Of a DNA stretch of 64,000 nt, positions 53,890-64,000 are shown one piece after another. A program made the translations under genes and the position numbers. The stretch spans positions 33,604,001-33,668,000 of the forward strand of contig OX597830.1 in the NCBI GenBank assembly GCA_951406725.2. The letters run 5' to 3'. The notes under the pieces were generated by a model. The model worked only from the letters and a program-made list of their open reading frames with translations, had not been told where the DNA came from and did not search any database. The stretch is from Octopus vulgaris (taxonomy: Eukaryota). Each line of letters begins with the position of its first letter. The first letter of the stretch is position 1.

Positions 53890-54690
53890 ACCCATTTTTG
53901 AGTTTCTTGCCACATTGTAGATTCATCTGGGATGTTGGTCAAGGTGCTTCTTGAAAACACCTAAATCATGTAACTCTCTCAGGAGTTTAGTAAGATAATA
54001 GCTGTAGGCCTTTGAATCCCAAGTTATTATAGTACTTGGTCCTTACTCAAGATAAGACCTTTGGAACAGTGCCGTGGCATCCTATTCAGAGACTGATATA
54101 TCTCTCAATACCTAAGTTTGACACCAGCCCCTCTAGGACCTTCCATATGCATATCACTGCATATCTCTCCCATCATTACTCCAAGAAGTAGAGTTCTAAT
54201 TCTTTCAGTCTGTCACAGAAGCTCAACTGTTGCATTGGTGAAATCTTCCTGGTGTAGCACTGGTGATCTGCCTCAAGTTCTGCTGTCAATTTGACTCTGT
54301 GCAGTAACCATAGTTGAGATAGGTAGACCAGATGGCTGAGGACAAATGCCCTACATAGAACCAGCATAATATCCTGGCCCCTTGTTTTGAAAGACCTGAG
54401 AATCAATCCAGCTGTTCACATGAGCGTTGCCACTATCTTAGTGATATGTACATGAAGCAAAGCATTGTTGCCCATATCAGTCCCCAGATAATGCTGTGTT
54501 TGATTCTTGGATTGCTGCTTTTTTTTATCCAAAGTATCTTTGTTGTTGCATGTTAGCACATGCAGGCTGATATCAAAGAGCCTTCACTTTTCTTGCATTA
54601 AATTGCATGTTGTTTTCTACAGCCCATTTATTCAAGCCATCTAGATCTTTCCATAGATTAGCACCATGAGGGTCCTTGAGTACATGTGCA
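53890..54690 (-). pseudogene. CR1/L2-group LINE reverse transcriptase C-terminal fragment
   Basis: WILRSFKTRGQDIMLVLCRAFVLSHLVYLSQLW..LEA..YTRKI..LSFCDRLKELELYFLE..ERYAVICIWKVLEGLVSN. Confidence 0.82.
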
Positions 54691-54734
54691 TTAAGCTGGT
54701 ACTATTGAGTAGCTACTCATTTAACACACATCAT

Positions 54735-54960
54735 CCCCATCATCATTTAACGTCTGTTTTCCATGCTGGTATGGGTTGGATGGTTTAACAGGAGCTGGTA
54801 AGGCCAGAACCTGCATCAAATTCCATTGTCTGTTCTGGTATGGTTTCTACAGATGGATGCCCTTCCTAATCCCAGACATTCTATAGTGTGTACTGCACGC
54901 TTTTTATGTGGTACCAGCACACATGTTTTTTACATGACACCAACACCAGTATCAATTCTG
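54735..54960 (-). mobile_element. SINE family E tail
   Basis: catcatttaacgtctgttttccatgctggtatgggttggatgg..ggatgcccttcctaa. Confidence 0.82.
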
Positions 54961-55304
54961 CTGTGGCAGACTGGTCTTCCTGTATATGGACAGGTCTGCT
55001 TAATATTATGAATATATATTACTTTTACAAGGAAAGGATAGACGATGACACTAAACTTTCAGCTTGCTCATGTTTGTCAGTCTGTCAGAAGCTTTGAAGT
55101 CACTGTCAACATTTGTTGAACTGTTAATCCTTACACATTTTTTACTGTCTTAAATTATTTTTTCTTTCTAACTCCATTTTTTCCTCTCAACTCTTTCTGT
55201 CAAAGAGTGTAGTCTCAAATTGTGAAAGACTTTCCCATTCTTCCTGAGTGTCAAAATAACACGCTTGTTCCTTCACCTGTCTTTGTCTTTTGTTTTCTGT
55301 AAAT

Positions 55305-59025
<3,721 letters not shown>

Positions 59026-59901
59026 AAACTCAGTATTAAAAATTTATGTTGCACGTCCTTTGCCAAACAATTTTTTTGTGCTCCACGGTGGTTAATTTTT
59101 TTTTTTTGCTCTTCTATTTTGATTGGCTTTTTATTTTATTTTTATCTTTGTTTTTAGGTTTATTTATTCATTTTGGGGTTTTTGCCTTTCATATTTAATT
59201 TTTTGAATTAATTTCCTATTGCTTATCATCTTCCTTTTGTAAATGTTTTCAATAACCTATTCAAAGTAAATAAATAAAATGAATGAATGAATATAAATGA
59301 AAATACAGTTTCATGTGGATTTTTGTACAATACTGTCAAAACATGATACCTGAGCAGATGTTGGAATCGAAAGGTGAAGAAAAATTATTTCACATGATTG
59401 TGCAAATTTTCTATTGATATCACGACAGAGACCGCCCTTGGTTTCATGAAACAAAAACCTCCCATTCTAAAATGTTCGTATCTAAATTAAAACCTTCTAT
59501 CATAATTTTATCTAAGACTCTTTTGTTCTGTTGTCTTCCAAACAACATCTTGATAAGGGAAATGTTAGTTATTTTACTTAATCCCTCCAAATCTTTAATT
59601 GTTTCCAGAGTTAATTGAAGCACAAAAACTGTATATTTTCCATTAGAAACATCATCATGGAAAGGTTAAACTGATTTTTTTTACATTTGTGCTAACCTGG
59701 GGTGAAATTCTATGATGCAATGACATTGTATTTTATTAGGGTTAGTTCATGTGTTGTAAATCTTACTCTGTAGTAATGTTCCCCATCTTTTTGTCACCCG
59801 CTTAATGGGGCTCAGACATTTAATTATATATTGCTTCACTTGGGGTTATCTACTTTGCAACACCTGACAGCTTTCTTTTCATTCCTTTTATAATCTTTTT
59901 T

Positions 59902-59951
<50 letters not shown>

Positions 59952-60294
59952 GTGATTTTTGCTACCCAGGTATCGGTTAAACTTTTGAATAATCCGTAAC
60001 AAGATAATTCATCTTTCCATTTCAACAAATATATATATATATATATACATATATATACTTCAAATAATTTTTACTGTTAGCATTTTGGTATATGCAACCA
60101 GGGGTTGCTTCACCTGCTAGATACAGCAACCATGATTTTCTCAAATCACTCTCTGCTGTCTTAAAAAAAGAAGGTCATACTGGTTAATGTATTTGAGGCA
60201 AACAGTCTCCAAGGACAGGTTGATCATGGTTCCAGCATCTTTGACCACAAATATACTTAATCATGTCACATTTGGGCTGTTCATTAAGAGGATA

Positions 60295-60722
60295 AAGGAC
60301 CCCTACAGTCATGAGTGACCATGGGACTGCACCTAGAAAGTTACCCTCCGAAGCATAAATCCGTGCAAGGTTGTTTACGGAAGACCAGCCATTGCCCATG
60401 CATACCAGCCTCTCCTCTCCATACCACTGATGTTACCCAAGGGAAAGACAAAGACCAATATTGCTTGGCACCAGTGATATTGCAAATCATTTCTACAGCT
60501 GAGTGAACTGGAGCACCGTCTTGAAGGGGTTTTAGTTGAAGAAATCGACCTCAGGACTTATTCTTTGTAAGCCTAGTACTTAGTCTATCGGTCTCTTTTG
60601 CTGAACTACTAAGTTACGGGGATGTAAACACATCACCTTCAGTTGTTAAGTAATGGTGGGGGGACAAACACAGACACAAAGACACACACATAAATACATA
60701 TACATAAACATATATATACATA

Positions 60723-60756
<34 letters not shown>

Positions 60757-60920
60757 GATTGGCTTCCTTCAGTTTCTGTCTACCAAATCCACTCACAAGG
60801 CTTTGGTTCACCTGAGACTACAGAAAAAGACACTTGCCCAAAGTGTCACACAGTGGGACCGAACTTAGAACCATATGGTTGGAAAGCAAGCTTCTTACCA
60901 CACAGCCATGCTTGCACCTA
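60295..60920 (-). mobile_element. Chimeric SINE: family A head and body (60508-60920) joined to the family F 3' part (60295-60515)
   Basis: Left part matches 33005-33220, right part matches family A; overlap ctggagca. Confidence 0.8.
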
Positions 60921-61849
60921 CTGTAACCATAGTTAGAATGTATTATTGTTCGTTGAAGCTAATGCATGACCTATATTAGAGTATTGTTTCTATGAATCAG
61001 ATGTTGCTGTTGCTTCATATTTAGGTCGGTGGGGATCTGATTTCTGGTGAATCTCTAGTGACACTGATGTAACATACAACGTTTATCAAATGTTTGAATC
61101 TTGGCTGGGTCGAGCCATCTCCAAGACTGATCATAGTTATATTTCGAAGAGGAGGGTGAGAGAGAAAGGGAATGGAAAGAGAGAGAGAGTGAGCAGAGGA
61201 GCAATGTAGAGAGAAAGGATGCCGAGAAGACAGAGAAGGAGCCATAGTGCTGGAAAAGTGCTTTATTTATCAACCTGAGGAGATGAATAACAATGTTGAC
61301 TTTTGTAAAAATTTGAAATCAGAATGCAGACAGTCAGTATGTGTACCAAAAGTCATTCTAGTTACCGATCCAATGACTATATCAGTCATTACCTTACTCA
61401 CACACAGATGGGTGGATGTGTCCCACCAAAATGCTACTAGATTGACCTGCAAAAATGTTTTCCTTTTTTTTCAGTGTTTGGTCAGAAAAAAGAGCAGAAT
61501 CTGTCACATTTCAGGGCCAGGGAATATGATGGGAGAAAGGGATTAAATTATATCGATACTGGAGATCTAGCTCACAATAAAAGTGGAATCTCAGAAAGTT
61601 ACCTATGAAACAGTTTGTGATGTAATTCTTGTGAAATGGTCACAAAGAGAAACATTATTGCCATATTCGGCTAAATGTTGGGCATTACACTCTCTTTCAA
61701 GACTGTATACTGCTATTATATATATATGTGTTTGTTATTTTTAAATTGTGCTACATGTTATTCTTAAATTATAATTTTTGTAAAGGTAAATTTTGTAGAA
61801 TGTCATTAATCATTGTCGTAATTATTGACTAATTAAATTAGAACTGACA

Positions 61850-62320
61850 TTCAAGGAATTCTTTCTGAGCAAAGAGTAGAGTTTATGCAGCTTGTATATA
61901 TTAGTGTGGCATGAGCACTAAATGCAAAAGATGTGAAGAAAGTGGCAAGAAATGAAGTAAGCAAGCTCCACTGGATGTGTAATGTTAATATGTATGAAGA
62001 TATAGTGCAGATGAGCAGAGAGATAAATGAGATACAAGCAGAAACAGTTTGAGTATGTGGGAGAAAAGACTCTGTTGATATAAAATACGAATGAATGATA
62101 ACAAATGGGTAAAAAAAAGTGGCAATGTTAAACAAAATGGAAAAAAAAAGACAGTCAGAAGGGAGACCCATGGAAATTCTGAGAAGAAGCTGTAAACGTT
62201 GGTTCTAGGATGTTGAAACTTGCATAGAAAATGGCAAAGGGATTTGATATTTGGTGAGATACTACACTGGAAAGGACCTGTGAAATTCCTGCAAATATAG
62301 AAAAGTAAATACAAAGTGGA
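61850..62320 (+). pseudogene. Degenerate RTE-clade LINE 3' fragment
   Basis: Reads ALNAKDVKKVARNEVSKLHWMCNVN..EGRP..EEAV..RMLKLA with stops and frameshifts. Confidence 0.55.
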
Positions 62321-62334
62321 TGGACATACACATA

Positions 62335-62925
62335 CATTATGGTTGCCCCCTCGTTATCGAGTATGGCCATTGCACGAAGCTTAACTGTTACTAGTGCTGT
62401 GATCGAATGTGACTTTTTAGCCCAGCTAAAGATCTACAATGTCTCGTACAAAATTGGCAACTAAGACCTTTACTGGTAATAGCCAGCTGTAGTTGTAACT
62501 GGGCTTCATGTACCTTTGCATGTCGTTTAAGTCCTCCTGCCGAATAACACTCTCTTCCACATGCCCGACAGATATGATTAGTATGGTGTGTCACACCACC
62601 ACCAGTGGCCAGGTTGTCACTCATCTGTCTCGTTTCATGACTACAAAGATGACTCATGAGTCCGGCCTTACTGAGGCAGGGTCTTGCATAGACATTGCAT
62701 GTCAGAGTCAAAGGAAGGCCCTTCCCTTCTGGAAGTGTAACAGCGATGCCCTTCCTAACATCTCTCCTCACTTTCTCATGTGCAACTCAAGATTTCTCAA
62801 ACGTGGCTGTCCCCTCATGCACAATCCTTCTCCACCTGCTACAATCAATAGCTATGCCTTCCCATGTGTCAGGAAAGATGCAAGCATCTCTTAAGGAAGC
62901 CTTCAGCAAGTCCTTATACCTCTTT
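62335..62925 (-). pseudogene. RTE-clade LINE 3' end with C-terminal C2H2 zinc fingers
   Basis: KRYKDLLKASLRDACIFPDTWEGIAIDCSRWRRIVHEGTATFEK, then CRACGRECYSAGGLKRHAKVH and CQFCTRHCRSLAGLKSHIRSQH; short 3'UTR hairpin ctcg ataa cgag. Confidence 0.82.
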
Positions 62926-62968
62926 ATACATATATACATACATACATACATATATATATATATTTATA

Positions 62969-64000
62969 TATTGGGTCATCCCATAAATATTGCGTTTTTT
63001 ATACTTCTTTTCTTTTTCAAAATTAACATAAACCAAGTTCTTTTTTAATCTAAAACATACTCTCCTTCATTTTCTACAATGCTCTTCCATCTACCAGGTA
63101 AACTTGCAAGGCCCCTACTTCTAAAATTCACCTGTCCGTGACAAAAATACTCCTCCAGTACTGTTTTGACCTTGTCTGCAAAATTCATATTTTTTTCCAT
63201 CCAAATGATTTTGAAGACTGTGGAATAAATGATAATCAGATGGGGAAATGTCTGGCAAATATGGTGGGTGGAGCATCGTTTCCCTTTCAAACTGTTCCAG
63301 CCTTTTGAATGTCATCCTCGCTGTATGTGGCAGAGCATTAATGTTGATGGAAGAACATCTTTCATCTTGAAAGAAAAGATAGTAATTTTCCTACTAGTAC
63401 TGACTTAAGCCACTCCTTTGCTATTGTTTGGTTTAGATTTAGAAGTTCAAAGTAGACTAAACCTTGCATATCCCTCCACACAGATAACAACACCTTATGT
63501 GGGTGAAGACCTTCTTTAGCCTGGGGTGCTTGTGTTTCTCCTTTCCCTACCCACTGTCTTCAGCACTTGACATTTTTATAGAGAATCCATTTCGCATCAA
63601 CAGTCACTACTCGGTCTAAAATAGGTTCATTCATGAGATGTGACAGCCAAAAATAGCACACATTCACACTCTGCGAGTGATTAGACTTGGAAAGTTTGTG
63701 AGGAACCCATTGACCGAATTTGCCGACTTTTCCGATGGCACTCATGTGTCGGTGAATGGTTGAATGACCAAATCCAAGCATCTATACTAGTTCCTCAACA
63801 GTTACTATGGGATTTTGTTTCACCAGGGTTCGCAGAACGTCCTCATCGAGCTCTGCAATTCTTCCAGGGTGATGCTCGTCTTCTAGGCTGTAGTTTCCGA
63901 CTCGGAATTCCTGGAATCACTGTTGACACTGGCTTACACTTATTGTCTGATCCCCATATACTGCATTAACATTCCTTGCACTTTCCATTGCATTGTTGCC
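62969..64000 (-). mobile_element. Mariner transposon with a decayed transposase, running off the window end
   Basis: WVPHKL, DRVVTVDAKWI and HPPYLPDISPSDYHLF motifs; TA + TIR ttgggtcatcccataaatattgcgttt. Confidence 0.93.

Overview
AT-rich, gene-empty eukaryotic DNA, almost certainly from an octopus. This is inferred from the recognisable cephalopod tRNA-derived SINEs and the extreme microsatellite load; no database search was run. No host protein-coding gene, rRNA, true tRNA or CRISPR array can be supported, and nearly all listed ORFs are translated microsatellites. The window is a mosaic of about 50 SINE copies and fragments from about 6 modular families, decayed transposons (R4/Dong-type RLE retrotransposons in (TAA)n, a hAT transposase, two mariner derivatives, CR1-like and RTE LINE ends, a Helentron-type HINE) and simple repeats. 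The main unexplained signal is a set of short, non-coding repeats from at least 8 unrelated families, often fold-backs, each carrying a minimal type I hammerhead-ribozyme fold of the kind known from Penelope-like elements and retrozymes. Three insertions have 12-13 bp target-site duplications. Several hammerhead cores swap the C3-G8 tertiary pair for G3-C8 (4 copies, with compensatory stem changes) or U3-A8 (2 families). All folds were derived by eye, catalytic activity is untested, and repeat boundaries are approximate (+/-10-20 bp). SINE family letters A-G are my own labels for this window.
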